Source of the DNA: Pecten maximus
Taxonomy: Eukaryota
Direction of reading: 5' to 3'
NCBI RefSeq assembly: GCF_902652985.1
Contig: NC_047020.1
Location: forward strand, 15,748,001 to 15,812,000
DNA length: 64,000 nt
The position numbers were made by a program, and so were the translations under genes. Of this stretch, positions 23,201-35,376 are shown in pieces. Within the stretch, counting starts at the first letter, position 1. The number at the start of each line of letters is the position of its first letter. Below the pieces are notes generated by a model. That model worked only from the letters and a program-made list of their open reading frames with translations. It had not been told where the DNA came from and made no database searches.

Positions 23201-26200
23201 TGTTTTTTTTAGTGCTTTACCAATATATTGGAAGTAAAGTCAACAGAAATCAACAGGAATCTGTTTTGATACTAACACAATTTCATTTGATTTCTTGCAT
23301 AAAATAAAGAAACTTAAAGTATGGTAATTTACACTAATAATGCTTGAAATATGTCATACTGAAAAATGTCAAAGTGAACATATACTACATCTTTTGTATA
23401 ATTGTTTCAGTACCTAAGTTCCAATTCATCCTCCTTGCATTCCTGCTCCTGGGAAGGAGAAACAAAACAATATTTTGATTCCCGTTGACTGGAAATATCA
23501 GAAACATCTGAGGTGTCTAGAAGGTCAGTGTTATACCCACAATTCCTTGCACATTCCTGTATCCGTGGTAAACTAGTCATGTGTTGGATCCAGGAAATAA
23601 TTCTAGGCACGTGACCAATGAGGCATTGAAGGTCAAATGACAAACTTTCCTGTAAATTAAAGATATCATATTTTGATATTGGTTTTATCAATATATAATT
23701 CAAAAGAAAGAATTGTAGTTATTGTACCCTAAGCATATAGAGTATTAATATTAAATAATATTAGATTATTCTATTAAATCTTAATTCTAAAACATGATGA
23801 GATTGTCACTTAGAAAATACTGTTGGATTTTAAAAGTACTAGTGTATGTTTTTTTGCTGGGTTTATCGCCCTGTGAATAGCCATGGTCATTTTGAGGTAG
23901 GGTCTCCTTGTAGTAGGTCATGACTACCTCACTGAACTTACAAGAGGCCCTTTGCATGCCATCCAGAGCAATTAGGGTAAAGTGTCTTGCCCAAGGACAC
24001 AATCACGACAGTACAGACTGGCCCTTTTCACAGCTTTCCAAGAAACACACACTGAAAAGGCCTAGGTAGGGAGAATTGAACCATGCACCTCGGATCTTCA
24101 CCAGAGGTTATATGCAGCCGACACTTTAAATGTCTGAGCTATCGATGCCTTCCCTAATCTGTTTGAAATGCTTCCATGATTGTAGCTCTTTTAGCCTAAT
24201 ATCAAACACTCACAATTCTGAGATTGATGAAAAAGTCTGTCCCTATTGTCAATTATATACATCAATACTATTGTAAGCACAAATAACCGAAACTTAGCTG
24301 TCTGGGTACCTCGAGCTCACTGTCAGATTAACTTGACTGTCTGGGTAACTCGACTGTCAGATTAACTCGACTGTCAGATTAACTCGACTGTCAGGTTAAC
24401 TCGACTGTCAGATTAACTCGACTGTCAGATTAACTCGACTGTCAGATTAACTTGACTGTCTGGGTAACTTACTGTCAGATTAACTCGACTGTCAGATTAA
24501 CTCGACTGTCAGGTTAACTCGACTGTCAGATTAACTTGACTGTCTGGGTACCTCGAGCTCACTGTCAGATTAACTTGACTGTCTGGGTAACTCGACTGTC
24601 AGATTAACTCGACTGTCAGGTTAACTCGACTGTCAGATTAACTCGACTGTCAGGTTAACTCGACTGTCAGATTAACTCGACTGTCAGATTAACTCGACTG
24701 TCAGGTTAACTCGACTGTCAGATTAACTTGACTGTCTGGGTAACTTACTGTCAGATTAACTTGACTGTCAGGTTAACTCGACTGTCAGATTAACTCGACT
24801 GTCAGGTTAACTCGACTGTCAGATTAACTTGACTGTCTGGGTAACTCGACTGTCAGATTAACTCGACTGTCAGGTTAACTCGACTGTCAGGTTAACTCGA
24901 CTGTCAGGTTAACTTGACTGTCTGGGTAACTCCACTGTCAGGGTAACTCCACTGTCAGATTAACTCGACTGTCATGGTAACTTCACAGTCAGGTTAACTT
25001 GACTGTCTGGGTAACTCGACTGTCAGGGTAACTCCACTGTCAGATTAACTCGACTGTCATGGTAACTTCACAGTCAGGTTAACTTGACTGTCTGGGTAAC
25101 TCGACTGTCAGGGTAACTCGACTGTCAGATTAACTCGACTGTCATGGTAACTTCACAGTCAGATTAACTTGACTGTCTGGGTAACTCGACTGTCAGGGTA
25201 ACTCAACTGTCAGGGTAACTCGACTGTCATGGTAACTTCACAGTCAGATTAACTTGACTGTCTGGGTAACTCGACTGTCAGGGTAACTCCAAAGTCTTGG
25301 GTAACTCAACCGTGTTACTAGACTGTTTGGGTAACTCAACTGTCAAGGTAACTCCAAAGTCTGGGTAACTCAACTGAGTTACTAGACTGTTTGGGTAACT
25401 CAACTGTCAGGGAAATGTCAGCAATGGACCTGTGTTAATGTCATTTTAAGATATCTGATTTCTATAAAAAAGGACATGCAATATTTGTGGGATAGGGTTA
25501 AAAAGGGACTAATATGTAAAAGTTCATGAAGATTTAAAATTCCAGGTATACAGTGTAATTGAATGGAAACCTACCAACAAATGGTACACAAACGGGAAGA
25601 GGATAAGGTCTGCCACTGTGATTGTATTTCCTTCAGCATACAAATGAATCAGATCAACGTCACGAAATGTCAATGTGTTCAAAAAGCTTGTAAGTTCCTC
25701 AAGACTTTGGAAAGATTTCTCTAAAGTGCATCTGTCTGACTGATTAAGCTGGTTTTGTTGCGAGCTGCTAATCCCGTTTTTAATTTCCAGATTTTTAACC
25801 GATATTCCATTTTCACAAGAACTGGATTTCTTTCCAGTTTCTTTGGATACACCACCATTACACATCAAGTTAATTCTGCTAACACAATGGGTCAATGGAT
25901 AGTCACGTTGCAATCTAAACCGGGAAAGGCCAGAATTGCTGTCAGTTTCCTCTGCTTCCTTTATAACTTGTGACAATAAACATCTTTTTTGTTTGTCATC
26001 GTTGTGAAGTTTGGCTGGTGTCTGGAAATGCCATTCCAATTTCATAACATCCTCTGGGACATCAATCTTTGGTTCACTGTCAGTATCTTTAATCTCTCTG
26101 AAAAGTAGGAAACATTATAATCACACAAGATTCCTGCAGTCATTGTACAAATATAATACAAAGCATATGTTGTTGACCTGGACATTGAGAAAAAAGATAA

Positions 26201-29200
26201 TATCAGTGCTGACCTTTAAACTCATACATGGCTCAAGAAATTTGGATAAAATTGAGGACTACACTTTCCATATTGTAACAAATATAATATTAATTTTAGT
26301 AATCAAATATTCTACTCTGGTTCCAATGACCTTGCGTGAAAAAGCCAGAATACAACTATGAGGGGACAAAACATGAAATTGTGCTAGCCAGTGTGTGAAA
26401 AAGTAACACCAATCTTACATCTCTGGGTCACCATTTAGGAAAAGATGATGGAAGAAGGACACAACACCAAAGTATAAGCTCTCTGGTCCTTTAGACCAGG
26501 TCACAGATCTGAGCTAAATATTCTATTATTTCATAATTTGACCTTGATGTTTGACTCTGAGTAAAAATGACCTCTGACTCAGTGACCTTGATCTTTGGTC
26601 AGTTGACTACTTGTTTAATTCTGGGCAACTATGCCATAATAAAATATTAACCAATAAATACTAAAATATTTGACCTTTGACCTAGTGACCTTATCATTTG
26701 GTCTGTCAACTTTTTGTTTAATTCTTACCAATATTTCTTCAGTGTCACAAAAAATGTTCATCAGTGAAAAGATAGATCTTTGACCCAGTACCCTTGACCT
26801 TTTGTTGTCACTTAACTCCCTGTTTAATTCCATTTCTTGACTAATGCTTAACAACAGGCTGTGCTCCAGACACATTGTCAATGCCACTATGACATATTAA
26901 GTCACTAATAATTAACACCTACCAAGTAGTCACTAATCATTTGAGCATAAATTAATCTTTCACATCAAATGTAGGTAAATGGAATACCTGATTTGTTGGA
27001 TCAATTCACCAATGCTGTTTGGAATGTCCACTTCACATAGCTTCGTCCATCCTGAAACCTACACACTCATCAATCAGCCCTGTGTGTTGGACAAAGATAT
27101 TTAAACTCTATGGCAGGATAAGGATAACTAATATCAGGACCCAAGTTCTACCAAATACAAGCCATAATTATTGTTTACAGAGGGTTTACCACATTTACAT
27201 TATGTGAAGCTCTAACAATAGTCGCCGAGATAAAATATCTGAATCCTGTGAATCATACCTGGGAAATAGTATTAATGTATGTATTGTAAATATGTTATTT
27301 CCTGGGTGGGTAGTAGGGGGAGGTGATATTTCGATATGTAAACTATACATGTTTTTAAGCCCCCTAGTATAAATTTCCAAGTTTACAGTATATCTTTATT
27401 TCTTATCAACGACATATACACAACATATCAAACTCTCTTTGTAAATAAGGTAATACTAACATTGAAGTGTAATTCATTGATTTGCAATATTTGTTTGTGT
27501 TATTTAACTTAAAAAACAACTATTAACATATCCTAAAATCATTCAACATAACAAAGAGGTAGTTATCATTATCCAATAATATGAGGTCATTAAGGATACA
27601 CTACCCGGTATATGATAGGAATGAAATACAAAGAATGAGAAAGGTCTGTATATTCTTAAAAAAATTATTACTGAATAGGCCCATTGAAAAGTCCTATCAT
27701 TTCTCTGACGACACATTATTAAACTGCATATTATTAAGGCAATGATTTCAACATAAGTTAAGACAATCTAAAATAAAAACTTCATAACTTACCTCAGCAC
27801 AAGCCTTTAAGCTCCCACCACGGAATCCCTGTGAAAAATTACAAACACTAAATATCATTTCCAGAGAAAACAAAATCATTACATCTGAACAGGTGGGTTT
27901 GGTTTATTTTGTTGAATGTCCTATTAACAGCTAAGGTCATTTAAGAACGGCCTCCCATGCGTGCGACATGCATGCGTGTGGTGAGTGCATAAATGATATG
28001 TGTGTTTTGGGAGGCTGAGGTATGTTCGTGTTAAGTCTCCTTGTGATAGGCAGGAACTTTTGCCGATTTATAGTGCTACCTCACTGAAGCATACTGCCAA
28101 AGACACCCAGCAGGACACCCCACCCGGTCACATTATACTGACAACGGGCGAACCAGTCGTCCCACTCCTAATATGCTGAGTGCTAAGCAGGAGTAGCAAC
28201 TACCATTTTTAATGACTCTGGTATGTCTCGGCCAGGGGACAGAACCCAAAGCCTTCCTCACAGGGGCGAACGCTCAACCGAAGACCAAAAGTGAGGCATT
28301 GTCAAGGGAGACATTAGGAAGAAGAAAGTTGTTCAGAAAGAAGAGAAAAAATTGAGTCACCTCTTACGATCATGCAATGGGGGTAGCAGGTACAATTCTT
28401 ACGCCCTACCTGCAGGGGATTCTGAACAGGTACTACATATATATACTGAGTATGAGTATATATATTAACTCAATAAAATACAGTCATGCTGAAGCATTAC
28501 ATGTCATCTCACAGCTCCACCCCTATTACAGTCCTTTACAAGTGTCTGAAGTTTGATCCCAATTCCTTAAGTTACAAAGCCTCTAAAACACTGACAAATA
28601 TTTTCGAAATTTGTAATAGTGACCTTAACCCAACAACCTTGGCACTCTAGCATTTATCTGTCCGAGATAAAACTATCCTAAATAAGAGTCTAAAGTTTAA
28701 TGAAAATGAGAAACAAGCTATAGAGCTAAAAAGGATATTCTAAAACTAGGATTTTTAAAAAAAATAGTTCTGGTGACCTTGAACAGACACACCGGAAACT
28801 CAAAATTATCAGAGGTATTATGGTCCTTTGTATTTGTGTGAAGTTGGATAAAAATCCCTCATGGAATGAAGCCTCTTGAGGGCTAGCGCTGACAAGGATT
28901 TTCTAAATATTTAAAGTAAATGTGACCTTGAACGTGACCAGGAAACCTTGACAGTGATCCTGTCCGATTTATTGTGGGTCTATGACTATGTATTTGGGTG
29001 AAGTTTGATCAAAATCCCTCACAGAATGATGCCGCTAAAGGAAATCTAAAAGTCCCTTCAGTTTTACTGGTATGGAACTAAAAATAATCAAAATTAATTA
29101 TCTGTATTGTGTGTATAAGAATGGCATTCCCCAAGATAATATGGTTTCAGACAAGAGGCCTAGAGGGGCCTACAACGCCCACCCAACTCCACCTTGGATA

Positions 29201-32200
29201 TTTCATGAATGGCAAAATATATTCAGATTTAAGTAAAATTTAAAATATTTTTCCACTTTTGAACCGACTCTTCCAACAATGGTTCACACTACAGGGTTGA
29301 CTAAATCCTGCCATTCTTGAAAAAGAAAAAGTATTTCAAAGTTTTTTGTTTGTTCTTGTTTTGCTATATTTCCCTGATTGAGCCCCCTTTTTCCCACCCC
29401 AATGGTGTCACATTTTTCATTATGCAACATGTAAATACAACATTGCCAAATAATTCTCCAGACCAAATTTCATCAAAATCCATTTAGTTTTTTATGACTG
29501 GTAGCATTATTAAAAGATTTACCCTTTGGACCAGGTGAGTTACAAAAATGGTAATTATTAAAACAAAGGGCAATAAATATGTAAGTTACTGTTGAATAAT
29601 TTCAATTTTTAAACTTGTGCGAGATCTTGTCAATATATGGCTGCATACAAAGTTTCATCAAAGTGATATTTACTCAATTATAGTGGTCAAAAGGTAACTG
29701 TTGATGGACAAACAGACAGACAGATTTGGTCCTTTGGACCAGATGAGCTAATAAGACTCTACTACTATATACCTGTTTTTCTTTTACAAAAACTCAAATT
29801 TTATTAAAGATTTTGTAAGAACCGTTGTATGATTTGGTTACTTTCAACTTTTTTACCTCACTTTGCTTTCTATCGTACACATTATTTTAGACTTTTCCTG
29901 ATATATTCTATAATTCATTTCAGAAACCATCTGTCGACCATTGTGTTTTCCCAACTCAAAATTTGAATTGGCACAACTTGAACCTACATATGAAATCCCT
30001 GAGACCAATAACAAGGACTGTTTATGAAAAGACAGGTGATTTGAATATCAAAATTTGAAAGTGATTATTATAGTCTGTAATATTTTCTTTTGAAATAATA
30101 TCAGTATAAAAGATATGTTTAATACACTATATCACAGAATAATTTAGCAGAGTTTGGACCTTTTTCTTCTTCATCAAATAATTCATATTTCGAAACTTGG
30201 ATAAAAAATGTACACAAGAAGTTTTTTTTTCACTCTCATCAAATTAAGAAACTTATACTATTTCTTTCAAAAATGTACAGATACCTTCATCTCATCATAT
30301 TACATGCCAAAAATACTTTTTAGCCATTTAAAAAAAATTGTTTGAGGGTTGGTGGGGGAGAGAGACAATCACAAGGGCTTGACACATTTCTACGACTCGG
30401 AATGAAATATCTAACTCCAAGGTCTGACCTCCTTCCTGTGGCTAAATATTTCATTCAGTGTCTATTGTCATATGAACTTGTCAAGCCCCTGTGGGATCAA
30501 TGAAAGTTTGGACATCATATGAATAGCTCCACTGCTAGTGTTTGATAATATGTTTAAATTACAAGTCATTTGACATTAGAACAGAGACTTGGCTTGGCTG
30601 GTGTAAAGTAGGTTTCCGCCAGTCATTAAAACCTAACTAAACAGAATCTACAGTATCTACAGTGGAAGTATGTATACATACTAGAGGTGTTACACTCTGT
30701 ACAATCTATCCTGGTCTGTCAAGTACATATCCTCAAAACCTAAAGGGTATCAAGTTGTCACACTTAACATTCACCAATTACTTTCAACTATAGATGTCAC
30801 ATTAAATTAAGAACTGACTTTGTAATAAGGTTCTACAATTTACCCTCGTTATAATGCCATCTTTCATCCACAGCAGTTATGGGAGTATTACGAGGGTGGC
30901 TATAGTATTGAATTATGAAAATTACAACCTTGAAATTTTATAAGAGATTGCAATACCAACATCTTATGAAATACAAGCTGAATAATATATTTACATGAAT
31001 TTTATAGATTAATATATACAAAAATGTTAATGATTTCCTTGATTTTGTGCATGTTTTTTATCTGCACAAGATGATCTCGCCGTAATAACATGTTACACGA
31101 TTTACATAATATATATTTGTTAGTCTATTTTGGCTATACATTTTAATTTGTAGAAGGTTCAGGTTGTCACAAACTTAATTTCTGGAAATAAATATTTTTT
31201 TCTGGTTTTGCCGAAAGACCATCTGTCAAAATTTAAGAGAAATATTTGAATCGGCAGTAGCATAGCTCAACTGACACTCAGTAGTTTTATCTGAAGTAAC
31301 TATATTTCCATTAGATAGTGGCTTTGGCCTCATACACAATAATAACAAAGTGAAAAGAAATCAGTCATGCTTTTATACAAACCAAACCATAAGTGTTGGT
31401 GGATGTGACATCAAAAAAATATTGAACAACGATCTACCTAGCTCAGCAATAGAAAATCATCCAAACCTAAAGCTCATTAAGTTACCCGTACAATTTGCAA
31501 AGAGCAATAAAGAGTTCCTTGATCACCAAAAACAGAACAAAATAGCGATATTGTCGAGGGAAATAAATAGTGATTCGTGACATTTGTATTGTAACGAATG
31601 TGGCAGTGGCGGTATGTGAGGATGGCAAACTTATTGAAGGATTATATATAGGAAATCTGTTCCAGAGGTTTAGGTAGCAGCATGAGAAGGTGGAGGTAGA
31701 TCTTGGTGGAGATAGGTCAAGGGTACACTGGTCACTGTATATGAATAGATCAGTAACTTTTCGATTATGAACAGAATTTTAGCATTGACTGCAACGTTAA
31801 CCTTTGAAAGATTAACCAAATCGCAGGTTTACACAATATTTTTAGTGGCCATGTAGGCACCCTATAGGTCAATAATTGGTCACCAATGTTGAATTTAAAG
31901 CGCCATGGCCACTAAAATAAGCGCCACTTTGAGCCCCGATACCCTGCCTGTGCTGGGCTTCCAACTAGCAACTTCTTGCTCTCTGAAGGCAAACCTCCCG
32001 CTAGCCTAAGGTGACCAATATTAATACTCTCCACATTTACATATGAAACTCACCAACAAAAAGTCAAAATCTTCTGCAGGAGAATGTGTATGGGCAATGG
32101 TGACAATCTGACGTATTATGCTGCAGAGACCTGATCTTATCAGCCTTCCTCCATCCTCTATGATTACAGGAAGAGCGCAATTCTGATAACCTCCCTCTGA

Positions 32201-32416
32201 GTTTGTAAATGTGTGATTATACTTTTGTAGAATATTTTGATTTACTGTCACACAAACGGAACGATTGATTCCTTCGTCGACCAAGGTCAAATGGAAGTCC
32301 ACTGTGTCACTGATGCAATATTCAGTCATGAACAAAATGGCTGCTGACTGTAGTGGTAGGACTAGACTAGAATCCTCTTTCTTTACACCCGCTATAAATA
32401 CTTTAGTGCCCGCCAT
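17213..32416 (-). CDS. GSTCD: Glutathione S-transferase C-terminal domain-containing protein (GST-C-like plus class I SAM-dependent methyltransferase domain), 686 aa, 13 coding exons: 32416-32054, 27828-27793, 27058-26988, 26097-25575, 23649-23414, 23099-23033, 22584-22488, 20964-20852, 20637-20593, 19487-19398, 19004-18798, 18032-17969, 17361-17213
   Basis: All introns are GT-AG with compatible phases, 2061 nt in total. Recognised GSTCD motifs: LLGFRGGSLKACAEVSGWTKLCE, LHNDDK, TVADLILFP, RKCQQLENL, IVDFCSGGGHLG (SAM-binding motif I), LHACGSATD, CPCCYG, LGHAAD, CMNLVDTDRA, CTPKNNILVG. Confidence 0.95.
18303..18525. repeat. 46-bp minisatellite, about 4.8 copies alternating between two variants
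   Basis: CTG(A/G)TCAAGTGT starts at 18303, 18349, 18395, 18441 and 18487. Confidence 0.92.
19653..19878 (-). mobile_element. V-domain-like tRNA SINE, same family as 16145-16365
   Basis: Reverse-complement homology over the full length; flanked by TGTGTCAGAT direct repeats at 19641-19650 and 19881-19890. Confidence 0.85.
21534..22327 (-). mobile_element. HINE/Helentron-type element with degenerate ~155-bp internal repeats
   Basis: One end reads AACAAG plus hairpin TGTCACC..GGTGACA plus TATACCCCCGC. The other has (GACG)n and TATACC..GCGGGGGGTATAA. Repeated AAAGGG(G)CATAACTCT motifs lie inside. Confidence 0.82.
23848..24154 (-). mobile_element. CORE-like tRNA SINE, same family as 7201-7487
   Basis: GGTAAAGTGTCTTGCCCAAGGACAC (CORE, reverse); B-box-like GAATTGAACC and A-box-like CTGAGCTA (reverse); matching tail. 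Confidence 0.8.
24295..25412. repeat. 17-bp minisatellite (about 65 copies) with higher-order structure, GSTCD intron 4
   Basis: Unit TTAACTCGACTGTCAGA and variants; 85-bp (5-mer) blocks at 24971, 25056, 25141 and 25226. Confidence 0.97.
27895..28420 (-). mobile_element. Composite SINE: 5' structured module, pyrimidine-rich linker, decayed tRNA head, Meta-like domain and shared LINE-type tail; 11-bp TSD
   Basis: TSD TCTGAACAGGT at 27884-27894 and 28421-28431. Minus strand has Meta-like AAAAATGGTAGTTGCTACTCCTGCTTAGCACTCAGCAT...GTCAGTATAATGTGACCGGGTGGGGTGTC and tail CTTAAATGACCTTAGCTGTTAATAGGAC..(AAACC). Confidence 0.85.
28470..29755 (-). mobile_element. Decayed HINE-type remnants in GSTCD intron 1
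   Basis: GTGACCTTGA motifs, ACAAGAGGCC-hairpin end at about 29152, (GACA)n plus GGTCC..GGACCAGATGAGCTAA end at about 29715-29752. Boundaries are approximate. Confidence 0.55.
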
Positions 32417-33559
32417 TTTCAGTCAGCACAAATGAAAAATGCAGATCCTAACCAAACAGTATCCTCATCTGTAGAAATTTACCTGGAAAACAGAAATATA
32501 CTTAGCATTTAGTTTTGAGACTGAACAAAAGATAATTTTTTCATTAGAATGTTTTTAGAATAAAACAACTATTTATCAGCCTTTAATGCTCTAAAATGCA
32601 TTAATATTTTAATTTCTGTACTTCAAATACAAACATTCATCAGCATTGTACATGTTTGACAGTTCCACATGTCCCAAACTTCACTAACTTGTCAGATCAT
32701 GTCAATTTTAAGGGATTACTGTAACGCCAATGCCAGATACTTGTCATGTCCAGAACCATAAAAAAATGTATCAATTTAAACATCCTGTGTAGGTCTAAGT
32801 AATATATTGTATCCTAGATTGGCTGGGGGAACTATTTTTGCCAACTTAAGCTGAAATATTTATGTCAATTTTTCAACATACAAGAATTTAATTGCTACAA
32901 GTTGGCATGCATGTGACCCAACTGTAGCTCTGACAGCGCCTGTCATCAAAAATTACCGCTGTCTTAATTATAGCTACAACATTGCAGAAAAGGTGTACCG
33001 CTGTCTTATAGCTACAACATTGCAGAAAGGTTTTGTCGTACAAATTAGGCCTATATAGATGTCCAGTCTTCTGCAAGCCAGATTTGATGACATCTTAAGC
33101 ATGCATTCATGGCAATGGATACAATTCATAATTTCCCCGAAGACTAACTTTAGAGAGAAAAATAAAAACACTTTTTTTATGCAAGGTTGCTCATTTTTTG
33201 TTAGACCCCTTAAAAATCCATCAGATGTTCAAACTTTTTTTCTGTTAAATTTTTTTTTTTTTTTTTTTATCTTAATTTTTTCCCCAATTAGGCTACACAG
33301 CAAATTCAAAACAAACATTTTAACACGTTTTAAAGAAGTTATTTTAAACGGATCAATGGAATATTCTTGATTATATATACACATTCTCAATCGTTTCAGT
33401 AGCAGACATTATAAAATCAAACCAAACTAACAAACGGATGGGTGTGTCGAATCCCGTGGGTGGCAACACGACTATTGTCATTATACGAGGTCAACAAAAG
33501 CACATGGTCGAAATCAAGTTTCATTTTCGGGCACCTGTTGATAGTTACATGTTCTCCAA

Positions 33560-34290
33560 ATGATGCTCTCGCGCGATCACCATCTTGTCGGTGTTACCTA
33601 GTTAATGCAAATGCTAACCAGCAATCCACGATAAACTGTTGGACACGTGTAGCTCGGCTGTGCATACTTAAACATAAATATACATAAAAACTCAAATTAC
33701 TGAGTCAACTCTCTCCGTCATTCTGTCGCCAGTTTCCTGACGTCACATGGACGAGGCGCATGCGTATGCCAATGTATTGAAAATGCTAAATTTGTTCTTC
33801 CGCTCGTAGATATAGTACCAGGTTGAAAGATACATTTAATCCTTTATATTATAAAATTTGTCTTTGTTTTCAATTCGACTCCTTCATTAAAGCGTTTTTA
33901 ATGTGAAAATGTAACAGTAACGATAATAATAACACAAACAAAATAACAGGAAGTTGGTCTAGAAAATTTAGGGCGAATTAATTTGTGCGATCTATTTCCG
34001 TAGTTCGGTTCCTTCCGTCATACTGTCGCCATCCTCAATAAAGAAGAAAACTGGAACAAGACTGGTACAAATTTTGATGGCAATCATTTTAATTTCATAA
34101 TTACTCCAATAGGAATAATTAGACGAATTACTGTGTCGACATATTCTGTCCTGGACCTATTCCAGCGATCTAGAGGTATATAGAATTTCTGTAAACATGA
34201 TGCATTCGTTTTGCGATCAGATTCATTCTCGGCCATTTTGGTTTCATCTAGGAGTGTTTATTGTAAAACATTACTTCCGTTTAGCATTTC
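33560..34290. promoter_or_regulatory. Putative bidirectional promoter of GSTCD (-) and SMAD1/5 (+), including a probable non-coding SMAD exon ending at 34175
   Basis: CpG-enriched stretch between divergent genes. CRE TGACGTCA at 33738-33745; NRF1-like GCGCATGCGT at 33756-33765; ETS-like TTCCG/ACTTCCG; YY1-like GGCCATTTTG at 34231. Donor AG|GTATA at 34175/6 and acceptor at 39437 just before the SMAD ATG. TSS positions are inferred. Confidence 0.65.
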
Positions 34291-35218
34291 TGTTTCTTTT
34301 ACATTGGTTTATATTTTAAGAATTTCCGTTTGTCATTACATCTTTCTCGTAGACTGTCCTTAATTTTGATCTGAAACATTTAGTGTTGAAACCTCTCAAC
34401 TGTTGAATGTATCTCGCAGGCGAGACGAATGTCTGAGACGTTGTGTTTACATAATAAGGTAGCTCAGTTTTATCAGTTTGATTGTATATAAATTACCGCC
34501 CATCGTTAAACTGGGATATTGAAATGCTGCTGTCAGCTTTCAAGTTATATATGTGAAGGTTTTACTGTTTAAAATGCTTTATATCAAAACTGATGGCAGA
34601 AAACAAAATTCGACATTCTCAAAATTGAGATATGTCTAGGATGTTCATATTATGCAAAAGAACTTTGATTTCTGTCTATTGAAGGAAATGTGGACATGTT
34701 AATCCCAAGTAAGAAACTACATTCAAACAATATCTTGGTGCTAGCTATATGCTAGGACCTGTTATTCTCTCCTTCATGCCATGCCATCAATAGTGAAAGG
34801 TCAATATTCAGCTTTATACCTTTCAAGGATAATACACAACATGGATGGACAGCAATATTGAATTTTTGTTAACTGTAGAGTGGGGGTACGTAATTTCGCA
34901 CACTTTCGGTATGTAATTAAATACATTTCCAGCAAATCAATTTCAAATCAAGAAAGAATACCTCACATTGTTAGATGCTTCGTAACATACAAGTGTGCAA
35001 CCTGATATGCGCACACGTATCACTGCGCATGGGAGCTGTTGTTAACTTGTGTTTATTGCTGGATTTGAAGACAATCGGGAACGTAATTTCGCATACCCAT
35101 CTAACTTTTTTAATTTTGTTTGTAAAAATAGTTTTCAACCATTTTGTAGACAAACAACATCCTGAACTAAGATTAATCCCAATGCCATGATTAAAATAAT
35201 CTTTAAAAACAAAATAAT

Positions 35219-35376
35219 CAGGGCATCCAGTAGACCCTTGAGAGTATGTTTTTGACTCTCCAAATTGAGATCTGACTCCTGCGTTTGAAGGGACATGTTT
35301 TGACCCTTCAGATTTCTGAGAAAAGGTGATTTCACTTCTGAAATTGCTAAAAGTCGAGGGTCAACTGGATGCCCTG
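35219..35376. mobile_element. MITE, copy 1 (158 bp), 19-bp TIR, 6-bp TSD AATAAT
   Basis: CAGGGCATCCAGTAGACCC ... GGGTCAACTGGATGCCCTG; AATAAT at 35213-35218 and 35377-35382. Confidence 0.88.

Noticed and set aside
24295-25412. Regular short repeats that could be mistaken for a CRISPR array
   Set aside because: Units are head-to-tail with no unique spacers, there are no cas genes and the context is a eukaryotic intron.
30372-30491. Short element with CAAGGGCTTGACA / TGTCAAGCCCCTG inverted ends
   Set aside because: No TSD and no second copy in the window, so too weak to call.
30835-31750. Possible decayed pogo/Tigger-type transposon with a 76-aa ORF at 31350-31580
   Set aside because: Only a TIR-like start (CCCTCGTTATAAT..ATTACGAGGG) is visible; no matching right end or convincing transposase motif. 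Needs a profile search.
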